The translations under genes and the position numbers were made by a program. A stretch of DNA of 64,000 nt from Vairimorpha necatrix (lineage: Eukaryota), in NCBI GenBank assembly GCA_036630325.1, contig CP142728.1:248001-312000 (forward strand), written 5' to 3'. This document shows, in pieces, positions 1 to 13,430 of the stretch. The notes below the pieces were generated by a model, which saw nothing but the letters and a program-made list of their open reading frames with translations, was not told the DNA's origin and searched no databases. Within the stretch, counting starts at the first letter, position 1, and every line of letters begins with the position of its first letter.

Positions 1-1909
1 GTTTATGGTGCCGGAAGTTACCTACAATCAGGAGATGCTAACGCGGAACCTCTCCTTGTTAAATTAGAAGTATAAACTACACTAAGCATATCCTACGAAA
101 AGTATTCATATTATTTAACATTAATTTTTTTTTTCCATTAATTTATATTTTTTCTTTATAAAATCGACGTATGTGTAGGTAATTTTTTAGAGTTGATGTA
201 TCCAATCGACATCAAAAAATTTATCTGCGAATCATTAATACCTGAAAGTGGAAACCCATTGTTTTTTTGGTAGCCATCATATTATTTAGATTTACAAAAA
301 AAAAATATAATTTTTTGTATCTACACAATATAAAACTAAAATATCATAATAAATACAGACTTCTTTAGTTTAAAAAAATTTAAAAATATTGATACATACT
401 ACAAATAATCGAGGGTTTTATGATATAAATTTTTTTATTATTACGATTAAAACTTCGACTTTGAAAATAAAAAGTTTATTCTACTACTTATCGGATAATT
501 AATAGACAACCATATACTTAAATTTGTTAAAATATAGGTTATGAGTGTAATGACTTTGACAATCATACGAATACACAATAAACTCAAAAATACATTAGAC
601 AAATCTCATAATAAAAAATATATGTATATACTAAATAAATTAATTTATTACATTGCACATATCACGAAAGTTTGCCTATTATGAGGACATTTAAAAATAT
701 TTATCATGTAAAAATATATCGTTTAACCTCTAAGATAGTACATTTAAAGATTCTAATTACAATTAGTTTCATGACCTCTTAATATCCGCGCAAAATTAGA
801 AACGTACATTAATATTATTTTATATAAATTACTTGTCACTAAATTGTGTATGACCAAGTAAGAAAAGGATTATCTCTAACAGAATTTACAAACGACAATT
901 TTTGTAAAATTTAATAATTTCTTCCTGGTTCTTATTCTTTTTTTTTATACTTCTTGATTCTGGCTGTTTATTATCCGCATACCTTTATGTCCTTTTTTGT
1001 TTGTGTAAAAGATTCCTTAATGCTCTATTAGAAATATTGATGTTAGTATAACTATACAATATTCTTATTAAACCTTTGTTAATATTTAATTGCTAAAAAA
1101 TCATCATTTGATTGAAGATCAAATTCCAAAACCAAAAAGCAGAAAATTACAGTTTAAGAACGATAAATAATTGACAAAATACTTTTATTTTTCTTTAGCT
1201 TTATTTTGTGGATTTTGTCAATTATTTTTATAAGCGATAATTTTATAAATACGTAGATTGTATAAATATAAAATTAAGACAAAAGTTACGATTAGAACTC
1301 TATATAGAAGCATATACGACAAAAGTTTTATAATATTTTTAAGACGCCTGCCTGTGTTGGGCGGACATTGTCTTGATATTGATCAAGAGGGGTTAGTCGT
1401 GAATCTAATGAGATAAAATCTAAAGAATTTTCAAGGAATCATTTGGGAGAATTTGAGTATCTGTAAAAAGCAAATGAATTACGAAAGTCATTTCACTCGA
1501 ATAATCAAAATTTGTTTCTAATTTATAATCGACACTATTTAAACATATGAAAAGATATAGTCATTCTTAAGTAATACATTAAATTGGGATATAACGTCCT
1601 AAGAATATTTTTTAGAACTTATCTTAAGCCACAGATTTTTTATTTGGTGAAAATACTTAAACTTTGCATCAATTTCGATTCTTAATTGTTTTTTATGATT
1701 TTTAATTTTTTAACTTGCTAATTATAATTAAATTTTGCCGTCTTTCGGTTTATAAAATCGATTATCGAAAAGTTATATTATGAGCTCCAAAGTATTCGAT
1801 CTCTTTTTTTCAATTATTTTGTAACTGCAGAAAGACTAATTGGATGCATGGCGCAATTTTTATTGTAGCTGTGAAAGCGTTTAAAGGTAAAACTTATGAT
1901 ATTACTTAT

Positions 1910-3348
1910 GATACCCGGGACAAAAAGGATAATCAAAAGCAACAGAAATATGGATCAAATTATAGATGAAAATCTATATATTTACGAGAAAAAAAGAATC
2001 AACAAAATTACTATAAGTGGCGATGCATTGTACGAAGCTGTAATGCCAAAGCCACTAGTAGTATTGTTTACTTAAATAATCTCGAATCCTTTACTATTTC
2101 TTCGGCTCATAATCATGAACCAAATCCTGAACTGGTCTGTAAGAAGAATAAAATAGATAAAATGAAACGGGAAATTATCTCTGGCAAAGATTCTCCTAGA
2201 AACTTTTTTTTTTCTGCCTTAAGAGAAGCTGGGGAAGAAACAATCGCCGCAATGGGCCCTATTGAGCCCATTACAAGAATATTAAAAAATGCTCGAATGA
2301 ATTCCTTTAATCCAAATCCATACGCCAACCAAAAATTGGGTTTATGTACTGATTTATTAATCAGTTATACAGGCGAAAAATGGTATCGATATGGGCCTGA
2401 AAATTACGGGAGTGACGAACCCAATGACAGTATAATTATTTTTTGTACAGATTCGGCCATGGAAAAATTGGCTCTATATGACATGTGAGCAATGGATGGG
2501 ACCTTTACGGTGGTTTCAATTCCCTATTACCAACTTTACACAATTAGTTTTATCCGTGATGCGCATGTATTCCCGATAATATTTGCAATTTTGAAAGATA
2601 AAAGTTTTGAAACCTATTGTTTTTTGTTTCAAATGTTAAAGAAAAGGTTTCCGGAGCTCAACCCAAGGTTGATAAAAACTATTTTTGAGTATGCTGCGAA
2701 AAGAGCATATTCTAAAGTTTTCCCGGATTGTCAAATTTCAGGTTGTCTTTTTCATTTAGCTCAGGCTATTGATAGGCGTGTTAAAAGTTCAGAACTTTCT
2801 TCTGTTTACACATGTTCACCTATGGTGAAAGGGTTGTTTTGTCTCTTACGGCACTTGCATATGTTGAATATGACGAAATATTGTCTACTTTTTTGGAACT
2901 AAAACAAGACAGAAATTTTCCGGAATGCTTGACTGAATTATATTGTTATTTTTTTACAAATTATATTGATTTAGGATGCCGTTTTCCGCCGAATTTGTGG
3001 CACACGCGAAATAATATGGATATAGATTTTCCAAGAACGAATAATGCTATTGAAGGGTGGCATAATACCTTTAAAAACACATTCGGTACTAGTCGATACA
3101 GTTTTTATCTATTAGTGAGCAAATTAAAGGTTGAAGAAGATATAGTTAGAATCAATATAATACAACAAACAGTTTTAAATCATATTTTTGAACGTAAACA
3201 AAAATACATTGATAAAGAGGTTTGGCTAGCTGTTTTTTTAAATAAAACTGTGGATGAAGGATTTGGTACAGATTTTGTCTTTAAAATTATTGAAATATTA
3301 AAGTTTTATTTTTATTTTATTTTTTTCGGAAGTTTCGTCCCGGTCACC
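1910..3348 (+). mobile_element. Compact Mutator-like (MULE) DNA transposon, 1439 bp, with 9-bp TSD
   Basis: Identical ATTACTTAT lies at 1901-1909 and 3349-3357. Short imperfect TIRs are GATACCCGGGACAAAA on the left and GGTGACCGGGACGAAA (reverse complement) on the right. They enclose MULE transposase motifs. Confidence 0.88.
1950..3310 (+). pseudogene. Disrupted FLYWCH-MULE transposase
   Basis: Motifs include FLYWCH-like YKWRCIVRSCNAKA..HNHEP (~2010-2120), MDGTF, PIIFAIL, GCLFHLAQA and RTNNAIEGWHN. Lesions: a frameshift in the A-run at ~1990, TGA at 2486-2488 where W is expected before AMDGTF, and a frameshift at ~2830. Confidence 0.88.
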
Positions 3349-4183
3349 ATTACTTATCATATCCATTACTTTTCTTATAACATATTTTTACAATATCTCG
3401 AATATGTTGAGAGCAGCAAAAAATTTAACACATTGAGCATAGTTCTTCTGCAGCACAAACAAACTATTTTATCTGGTATTTTACATACAATCGTTGTTTT
3501 AAAATATTCTAAATCAATTTTAGTCTTGAAACACATATTTTTTTTCGTAATATATCTGACTAAAATGAACAAATGCTAGGAATAAACAAAAGTTTGATCA
3601 TGAAAAGTAAAAAAAGAAATATTTAGATCTAAATTAGAAGATTTACAATAAAATTATGTGAAACAATAATATAGATCTAATTATTCCTTCATCCTTCTCA
3701 AAATTCAAATAATTTATTTCAAAATATAATTTTTACAATGTTATAGCTATAAGTAAAAAAAGACGATCAAAATCAGTTGAAAATGCTTATTATTATGATC
3801 ATATGCTACAATATATTGCATATTCGATTCAAGATATAATTCGTTGTAAATTTTTTTTAATATTTGTATCAACATTTTTAGTTATTTTAGTTTAAAAATA
3901 TAAAATTTACTTTTGAAATGATAGCATATGTTTCATTTTAGAAAATTGATTGGTTTTAATGTATTTTGTTTTATTATTAGTAAAATGTTATGTATACCTA
4001 TAACTCCTTTTTGAAAATTTATATAATATGAATAAATAATCACCGCCTATACCAAAATTTAAAGACTGAAATGCTATTTTTTATTTTTATTTTTTAAAGA
4101 ATTTTGGGGTTAAAAAAATAATAAAAATTTTTATAAAGAAGGATTATTTGCGGTTTAAAAAATAATTTTTCAAGCCTTATATT

Positions 4184-5458
4184 ATGCTGATGCAATTTTT
4201 AAATTTTTATTTTATATTTTTTATCAAACAAGTGAGATCTCATCCAAAGAATACTATTCTCAACAAAAATACAACGAAATCACTTTCAAAGTATGAATCA
4301 AAACTAGAAACCACAATAGAGCTCGCTTACCATTATAAACATGAGATAAAAAGAAAATTGATTTTTTCTACAGTTGTTAAAGACTGTATTACCAAAAATA
4401 ATTATCCACAAAGTTCTGAATATTGTGGAACTGGGATAAATAGTAGTTTCAGATTTTATATAAATTTCGAAAAAGTAAAAAGAAAAAAGTTATGTAACGA
4501 CGAAAGTGAAGGAATAGCAGAACGTTCAAACGTGTTTGCATTTATAAATGAAAAAACCAATGTTTTTATTTCAAAAGACAAGGTTGCTGAAATTTTGGAA
4601 AAGGGTAAAGGAGTATTTATAAATATTGGGAATTTTTCGAATATTAATTATTTAGTAGTCCCAATTTATATACGTCCAGAAAAAATTTATATTAATAACG
4701 AAGAAGTCGTTTTTAATAATCAAGGATTCGGCTACACTTTATTATTCGAAGAACTTTTCGATCGCAATTTCTTAAAATTAAATTCCGAAGAATACCAGCA
4801 TTGTGTTAAAAATCTTGAAGATCTTTGCAAGTTGACACAGGAAAGATTTAATCATATATTTAGAGATAAAATTTTTCTTCTGGCTAATAAAAATTTAGAA
4901 CATTATAAAGTCATTTTTAGATTTTTAAAAAACTTAGAATATCAAAAAAAGGATTCATTTACACTTATAAAAGAAATATTAGATAAAATTTATAAGTTTG
5001 CAAAAGATTTAACTTTATCAAAATACTATCCTAATAAAAAAACAAATAGATTACATCCTTACAATCAAGATACATTTACAACGGCAGTGTGTTACGGTAT
5101 TATGACTGATATTATAAATATTATAAGGCATTATATAAATCCTGAACTTAAATTTAATTTTTATGAAATTTTTGAATCTTTTATTGAGGTGCATATGGCC
5201 GCCGTTATAAGTGTGACAATAAAATATGACAATATTAAGAAATTAAAAATCGAAGATGTTACAATTGAAAGTGAAACAAATGATAAGATAGAAAAATTTT
5301 ATCATATAAAATGGGAGAAAGGTTTAGAATTAAATATCCCCTATAGCGATCTTAAAGATAAAAATTATTCTTCTATTCGAGTTCGGTTTAAGCATAAACG
5401 TAAGACAATTACATCTGAATTTATGAAATTACCAACAATACCCTTAGATGAAAACTAA
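4184..5458 (+). CDS. Hypothetical secreted protein (424 aa), lineage-specific
   Basis: Long ORF in very AT-rich DNA with a hydrophobic N-terminus resembling a signal peptide. No recognisable domain. Confidence 0.75.
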   Translation: MLMQFLNFYFIFFIKQVRSHPKNTILNKNTTKSLSKYESKLETTIELAYHYKHEIKRKLIFSTVVKDCITKNNYPQSSEYCGTGINSSFRFYINFEKVKRKKLCNDESEGIAERSNVFAFINEKTNVFISKDKVAEILEKGKGVFINIGNFSNINYLVVPIYIRPEKIYINNEEVVFNNQGFGYTLLFEELFDRNFLKLNSEEYQHCVKNLEDLCKLTQERFNHIFRDKIFLLANKNLEHYKVIFRFLKNLEYQKKDSFTLIKEILDKIYKFAKDLTLSKYYPNKKTNRLHPYNQDTFTTAVCYGIMTDIINIIRHYINPELKFNFYEIFESFIEVHMAAVISVTIKYDNIKKLKIEDVTIESETNDKIEKFYHIKWEKGLELNIPYSDLKDKNYSSIRVRFKHKRKTITSEFMKLPTIPLDEN

Positions 5459-6949
5459 TAATTAAAAAAGTAATTTCTAATTTATATTACCAATTTAAAT
5501 CGTAGCTTTTATGTGTATAAATTACCATATTAAACTGTTAATTTAATATTATTTATGTTTAGCACATTAAATAAATATTAGTAATACTAAGTTCTACAAT
5601 CTATACATCGCGATACAAAACAAATGAAATATTATAATTTTTTGTTATTTTATAATTTAATTTTTCAATAGTTGTGTAAGTGGGAGCATATTGATTACAT
5701 GACACATAACGGGTTAAATTAGTTTTTGACATATAATTACATATCATTTATTTACTCCAAGACTATAGTAATGATTGCAATATGTCTACATATGTTCATT
5801 TTAAGTAAATATAAATATTTTTGGAATATATTATAATTCCAAAAACTTTTTAAATTCAGGTGCTAATAAACAAAACTTTTAATGCTCAAAATACTAAATT
5901 GAAATTAAAAATTAAAAAAAAATAGTTTTGTGTCTTGTGTCACACTTTAAATTTATTACCTTGATTATATCTGGCTTTGAATAGATGTATAACCAAAAAC
6001 TTTAAATATTATTTTACATTATATAACAAGAATAACTGTCAAACCATTATGTTAAATAACAATATTTCTTGAAATACGATACTAAATATACACAATTATC
6101 ACAAATATTTCTATTTTTTATATAATCTGTACATAAAAATTATCCAATATGAATTTTGACTTCTATTATATTATAGTTTCATCAAGGGCACGTTCTATCA
6201 GTGTTACTCACCATTTTAGGTCTCGGGCACTGTGATTGATAGACCATACAAGTTCTTCAAACAGCATAGTTGCGTGTCTAGATGAACCTTTGCAGTTTTG
6301 AAAACTTTTGTACTTTTCATCATATTTATCAGTAGCCTTGTCTTTATTAATGCGTAAGTAACAAAATATAAAAACCATTATTATTGACATCTTGATTGTA
6401 AGTATTAATACATATAGTATTTAATGTAAAAATCAATGTTCAGTTTTTTCATAAATTTTTTTATTTAATCGAATTTCACACAAAAAAATTAAATTTTTTT
6501 TTAAAAATATTTTCTCCCTTATGTTTTTGACCTTTTTATTTTAAACTGCAACTATAATAAAGCATGTAGAATGGTGGTAATAAAGGTTAAAAATTCAAAA
6601 GTACTGATATAGCATACGAATGCAGTATTTTATATCATATTATTAAAAAAAACTAGGGTCGTTAATTTTTTTTACAAAGTCAATGTGATTTTTTGGAAAG
6701 AAAAAATTTAATGTTTTACTTTATGAACTCTTTTAATATTGCCAATCTTTAAAAAAATTAAATTAAGCTTCACTTTTATAATACATTATTAAATCTATTA
6801 CTAAAAACAACTAAGTAGTATAAAAAAAATTATAACAAATGGTAAGGACTAAAAAATTTATTCAACCTTGTTGTAATTCATTAAACATTTCAAAATTTAG
6901 CATTTTTGTAGAAATATTGTGTTTGTTCTTTTTGGGACAATCTAAGAAG

Positions 6950-7413
6950 ATATTTTAGGCGTTAATTTTCCGTGTGTATGCAATTAAAAAGTTGATTCAA
7001 AGACACGCCCATAAAACTCATTAAAGAATGTAATATACGTTTATAATTCGCGGTAAATGTTATAGTGTATCTGCGGACAATTTTAGAACCCAATCTTTTT
7101 ATTTAATGTATAAAAAAAAACCGACATGTGCAGTAACGATGTCATGAATTAGTAAATTAATTCGTTAAATTCTTGTGACAATACAAAACTCTGTAATTTA
7201 GAAATATTACGGACCACGAAAATACTAAATTGCAAGGATTGTGTATGTATAGGATTTACATAAATTACAACATGACAAATATTATTTTAAACTTAGATGT
7301 AGAAAAAAAATCCATAGGCATTTATATAATGATTTTTTTCCATATATAATCACTATAATATTGATGTGAGTTTATAAGTAAAATCTATAAATTACGGATC
7401 TTGCAAAAAAGAA
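6950..7413 (+). repeat. Highly decayed copy of the tRNA-headed retroposon family (boundaries approximate)
   Basis: Patchy matches to the 27384/28290 copies: gtgtatctgcggacaattttagaacccaat vs gtgcactctatggtggaattttagagctaact, and atacaaaactctgtaat vs ctacaagattctgtaac. It ends in CTTGCAAAAAAAG. Confidence 0.35.
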
Positions 7414-8751
7414 ATCACGCGTTTATAAATTAATAGAATGTAAAATACAAGCAAATATTAGGTCAAAATATGTGGGTTTCTATATATTAATTAGAATTTT
7501 TGGATTAGCAATAAAATAACCTCACCATTCTTATATTTTACTAATCCCTATAATTGTTTAGACTAAACTACAATATCCACACAAAATTTTGTATGTAAAT
7601 AGATGTTCCGAGTTAAATATGTACTAATTACAAAAAAAGCTCTGTTTTCTACTGGGCCAAGTTTTATAATTTACGCTCTATTGCCCCATAAACGTATATT
7701 ACAATGTTTTAATTCGTAGCATTTTCATAGACAAATTAAATATGATATATGCTCCAATTTAAAAATGCACACAACTAAATAAAAAATTACACCCGTGTTA
7801 AATGTATACAATCGTTTAATGAAATATTCTTATTAAACTTATTGTAAATATATTTCTAATCTTTGATCAAAAAAAGCATTATAGTTCGTGCATGTTTTAT
7901 GCTGAAAATTTTTTTTTACCCACAGATAAATAATTTTTTTCAAAATTAAAAAATGTAATTATGAATTAATCTGGAATCTGCCAGCGCCGAAACACCAATA
8001 AGAAAACGTTATCCCATATCAACTAAGATGCATAAGTGTAATGGCATGACAATAGAGATGTTATGACGAGAAACTAAAAAGCACTATATATCGCTATGCA
8101 AAAATATATAAATAAAATTCAAGGAAGTTGTTTAAGTTAATTTATCCAATTATATTGTCAAATGACTACATTGAGATAAGATGGACACTAAGATTTATAC
8201 TTCCGACGAATTGATATTACAATTCAGGCATTGTTATCATAAAAAAATAAAAAATTCAAAGAAAAGAAGTGTTTATACCTAAAGACTAAGCCTTATATTT
8301 GAATGATAAAATATGGCTTTTTAGCAATGTCTAAGAATCTGGATTTTTTTCTTTGTATGACTTGCATAGAAGGACATCTGCAAATTAGAAAACAATGTAT
8401 AAAAGTATTTTTCAAATATTAAACAAATTCAAGCATACAGACAATCAATAATGCACAATAATATTTTGGGCATAGGAGTATATAATTGAATTCGACGTGA
8501 TTGGCGATGTTAACGAAAGAAGAGAGAAGAATTATGTGTGGGTTTTCTCTAAATAAGTGTACATTTGCTAACTTCAAAATAAAAATATACATTATCCATA
8601 AATAATTCATAAATTATATCTATTATCATTTAAAGTGCATACATAATACACAATTATATAATTTTTGTTCAATGTCATCTCACATTAAACAATGTTATAT
8701 AATTAAAAAAAATCATATGCTGCAAAAATATATCTTTAAAATAAAGCCTAT

Positions 8752-9807
8752 TTATTCTTCAATCATATGTAAATAGATATATTCCGATTCGTCAGTTTCA
8801 ATATCAATAGGAACATTTATATTTTTCGAAATAATTTCATCAGTTTCGTTTTCAATAAATTCTAATTCTAAAGATTCAATGTTTTTTTCTCTCAACATTT
8901 GATGATCAAATTCAAATAGAATTTTTTCATCTTTTTGTTTAACCTCGAATGGTATTAGAATATTTTGATTTTTATCATTCTCCACAACAAATTTAAATAA
9001 TTTATCGTTGATACTAAACTGTTTATCAGATTTTTTATCTTTTATTAAATTTTCATCCAGTTTAAATTTAGTAATAATAAAATCTTTTGCATTTCCATTG
9101 ATTTTTACTTCTTTATATAAATTTTTTAGATTGTAAAAATCAGTTATTAACCCGATTAAAAACTTACTTGCAGTTTCATCTTCACTATTTTGTACCATTT
9201 TAGAAAACAAGAATGATTTTTTAATCAAAATTTCTTCAATAAAAATTTTTATATCATTGATGTCCACAAAATATTGTAAATCTTTTAGTATACCAGTTAC
9301 AGCTTTGTGAAATGGAGATCGAGTATCCTGCAAATCATAGATCAAATTTTTTAAGTAAAATATTTTAAAAACGAAGGCATCGCTTGGATTATAAAATAGT
9401 TTAGGAATAAGAACTTTCTCGCAGAATAATTTATATTGATTTTCTGGCTTTTTTAATTGTAATTCTAAAGATTCGTTATTGATATTTAACTGATAAAACG
9501 GCGAATAGGCTATTTCATGAATTCTAGGACTTTTTATAGTAGTTGCCTGGAAATTAAATAAGAAATCTTCATAATAGATCTTATGGGGGTCGGTTCCCAC
9601 AACTTGCCTTGTGGATAATGGAATACTAAGATTATTGGACTTGTTATTGACGTTTAATTTTCTAACAAACCTAACTTCAGCCACATTATCAAAAGAATGA
9701 TTTTTAGAATACATCCTGAATATAAGTTCCCCGTTACTTAACGCATTTCTTAGGTTCCTGGAAATAACAGAACATGCTATCAAAGAAGTAGAGAGAAGTA
9801 AAAACAT
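8752..9807 (-). CDS. Hypothetical secreted protein (351 aa)
   Basis: Signal-peptide-like start MFLLLSTSLIACS. ACCCCA lies immediately before the ATG. The C-terminal region resembles that of 4184-5458. Confidence 0.8.
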   Translation of the reverse strand: MFLLLSTSLIACSVISRNLRNALSNGELIFRMYSKNHSFDNVAEVRFVRKLNVNNKSNNLSIPLSTRQVVGTDPHKIYYEDFLFNFQATTIKSPRIHEIAYSPFYQLNINNESLELQLKKPENQYKLFCEKVLIPKLFYNPSDAFVFKIFYLKNLIYDLQDTRSPFHKAVTGILKDLQYFVDINDIKIFIEEILIKKSFLFSKMVQNSEDETASKFLIGLITDFYNLKNLYKEVKINGNAKDFIITKFKLDENLIKDKKSDKQFSINDKLFKFVVENDKNQNILIPFEVKQKDEKILFEFDHQMLREKNIESLELEFIENETDEIISKNINVPIDIETDESEYIYLHMIEE

Positions 9808-10561
9808 TGGGGTAAGTTTTAGCTTTTTTTATTTATAACATAAATTAATTAATAAAAAATATAAAAAGAATAACAATCGTCAATTGAGGCAGTTATGAGA
9901 CATATTTATTTTAATTAAAAACTGTCAAATAAATGCTAAATTTTGACATTCTTCTGTTTGATTTATGTCATATTTTTATTTTGTAAATATTGCATCATAA
10001 TGTTCTGCAATATTTTATTTATTGATTAAATTATCTCATTAATTATGATTCAAAACCTAATACATAAAAAAAAAGAAATTATTTTAGGTTTTGTTTCAAT
10101 TTTAATTTATCAATTATCTTTATAAAATATTTTTTACTAAAAATACTTTTTTTTTGTTTCTAGCTGTTAAAGATAAAAGCTTAAATTCCGATGCTTGTAA
10201 TTTTCTATTTCTATGGTAATTTTAAAAAAACGTGCATCTGATTTAATGCCTTTGCTTTCATTTTTTCTAATTTTTTGTCAACACCAAACTTGATTGTTTG
10301 TTTAAGTTTTTATAGTGTTCTAGTTACTATTTTGTCTATTCGAACTCAAGAAAGGTCTTCATGTTTATTATCATTTGCTTACAATTTTATAGGTCTTGCC
10401 TAAACACATGTTTCGTTGTTTAGCCACATTATCATTCAAAATTTTTACTTATGCTTTTATATCGGACTATTTACAAAAATGTTTATTTATTTAAAAAATC
10501 TGCCTCTGATTAAATTTCCCAGTTGGTGCTTTCATGTTAACTTTTAAATTTAAATATAGGA

Positions 10562-11494
10562 AATAGTGGGGAGTTTATATATTGTTGTCATGAACCTCAA
10601 ATATCTTTTATTTGAATTTTTGGCTAATTTTCACTTTATCCCCCCCTTACCAATATAAATACAGAATTTTTTATTTTTAGCCCTGTTTTTCAAAAGTCGA
10701 AGCGTCCAGAGCGGAAAGGAACAGAGAAAAATTTACATAAGTAAAAAAAAGGTCTTAAAAATATCTAATTTGAACATAGTTTATGAAAAATATATTATTT
10801 AAACCAATTTAATAATGTTTTCTAATAAACTATGAGTTAAATAGAAGTCTAAATTTGTAAAATATGTTTTAACCTATTGCTTTCTTTTGTCATTACATTT
10901 AATTTTTGCTAAAGATAAACATGTTTATACACAGTTTATGTTGTTTAAAACAGATTCTAGGTTTGGTTATTCTTAGTTTGGTAGTATATTTATTAGTCTT
11001 GTTTTTTAGGTTTTTATTGGTTTTTCTAGACAAACAAAGTAAAAATTATGTTATATTATGCTCTTTTAAAAATTATTGAATCGTATAGAATGTCAATTTA
11101 TTAATATATGTTATATTTTAGCTCCAAAAGTAAAATATTACATGTTTGGAAAATTCTTTAATTCTTTAAAAATATTCATTTATAACAGCAAATGAACCTT
11201 ATATAATATTGTTTATATAGAGATTTTCGTTGTTATACATTGCAATGTACAATAAAGATAAATATTGATCAATAAGTGGAAGAAGGAAATTTTTAAAAAA
11301 AACGAAAAAACAATTGTTTTATTTTTGGTAAATATGCTATTTTATTACAACTTTATTTTTTTGACTTTTGCTCCTTCACATTTTTTCCGCTTCGAATTTC
11401 GAAAAAAAGGGATATTTTTTAAAAATTCTTAATTTATATTGGTAAGGGGGGGATAAAGTAAAAATGCTCCGAATTTTTAAAAGTTCCCACTATG
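10562..11494. mobile_element. Non-autonomous TIR element (MITE-like), termini resembling Transib-type CAxAGTGGG
   Basis: Terminal AATAGTGGG and CCCACTATG. Subterminal inverted block tttcactttatcccccccttaccaatataaat (~10630-10660) matches atttatattggtaagggggggataaagtaaaa (~11432-11463). A further inverted tcgaagcg block is present. No ORF and no clear TSD. Confidence 0.65.
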
Positions 11495-13430
11495 TTTTAA
11501 TGTGTCAATATATTATTTAATGTAATTTTTTAATTGTTTAATAGCCGTCTCTATTTCTTTAATTTATAAAGTTAATATTGTTACAATCACTCATATAATT
11601 AATTATCCCTTTTTTTAGTAATATTTATTTATTGCTCTTTTTTTTAATGTTAAACCTTCCACTTCTCCGAAATTTAATATTATAAATATACATTTCAAAC
11701 TATTAATAGTACATTTTTGTATACATAAAATAATAACAAAGTAAAAATCGGCAATATCGCATCAGATTGGATCTTGGCGGGCTTTATGAATAGAATATTA
11801 GAAACATAAAGAAGGTAAACAATAAAAACGCAAAATGAAGAGTGGATTTCCAGCATGGTTATATTCAATAAGTGATTCGCGAATGTAAATTTTTTGTTTT
11901 GATTCTAAATTTTTTAGAACACAAAAGTTTTATCACTACGGTAATTCCCCATTCTTTTAATTTAGACGTTTTTATAGAACATTTAAAAATCAAATGAACA
12001 ACACCAGATATACACACTTAGTATATCCTTTTACGAAATAATATTTAATGAAATTTCCTACTACTCAAGTTTTAATATTAAAAATTAAATAAATTAATCG
12101 AATCAAAATTCTTCAAGTGCGTTAACTTTTTGTTTTAGATTTTTTTTTGCAGTTAAATTTTCAATCATTCCTCTTTTTTATAATATTTATAACGGTTCAA
12201 AGTGAAATTAATGTTTTTGATAATCTCATAATTATATTTACGTTTTTTGGATCAAATCGTATCTTGTATCGATCCATTTATCTACAAAAAAAAAGTGTGT
12301 ATTAGCATTTAAATTATAATTGAAATATAAAACGCAAAACCAATTTTCGAGGTAAAACAACGACGATATAGTAAATAATATGATTTTATTAAGATGTAAC
12401 ATGCCATATATATAGACTGGTTGGATTTCAACAATTGACCTTAATCAAAAATTATCTATCGATAGAACTAACGAAAGGATACATGTATTTGTTTAACCTT
12501 TTTTTAAAACTTTAAACAGTTTTATCAGCTTATATTCATTTCTCGAATCTATAAAACTTTTTATTAACCAATTATTTTATATTTGTAAACTTTCCCAGCT
12601 ATTTACAACATATATAGAAATTTTATATACTTATCAAATATTTGTGCATATTGAAACCTTTGTAATGGACCTGTTCTAACTAACTAAAAAACTAAAAAAC
12701 TTTTATTGTTATTAAAGAAAAGCCCCTCAAAAAAATACACTTCAACAGCCAATAACTTTTGGTACAAAGTAGCATACCATAAAGGCCTTGCTTATAGGAG
12801 GAAAATTATCTTTTAGGATTAGAAACACAGACAGGTGTGTCTGCGACCTGCGTTCAGCAGGGTTCTAAGAGAATAACACGTCTGACCCACTCGCCAGTTA
12901 AGAACCTAACTAGTTCAACGTAAATGCTACTGCATCAGCAGCTTGCCATACTTCTACCGGGTAAAGAAATGTGTTTCTTTTTTTCTAGATTTCTCTAGAT
13001 CTGTTCTGGCTCGTATGCCTTTCCTTTTCTTGTATAATGATATATCGTTGTACAATCATTTTGTCTAAGAACTCTACTCTTTCAAGTATAGACTTCCTTT
13101 TAAAAAAACAGGTTTGATGCCATTGAATCAAACACGTGGCTTTTTTTCATACTCAATTGTGCGGTGTAATTTTCTGTTTCATTATAAATCTTTTAGAAAT
13201 GCCAAAGTTCGCCAATGTATACGTTCTTTTGATTTTACGCTTGAAGTATAGATTTAGCTCAATCCTTTTATCTGTATATTGTTTTTTCATATCTGTAAGA
13301 TTTCTTCAAATTTGTCAAATTAATGAAAGTTCATAGTTTTGATTTTATATTTGTCATTTTTAAATTGACAATAATAAGTATATGTGCCTTAAAAATTTTA
13401 TAAATTATTTTTTTAATTAATTTTTTATTT

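Noticed and set aside
3349-3579. C-terminal extension of the MULE ORF 2812-3579
   Set aside because: Read-through beyond the TIR and TSD into flanking DNA.
6208-6390. 60-aa ORF with a hydrophobic start
   Set aside because: Too short, with no CCC signal or recognisable homology.
12902-12910. Telomerase template (AACCTAAC for TTAGG repeats)
   Set aside because: Only 8 nt, lying within a predicted hairpin, and the Sm-like site is on the opposite strand.
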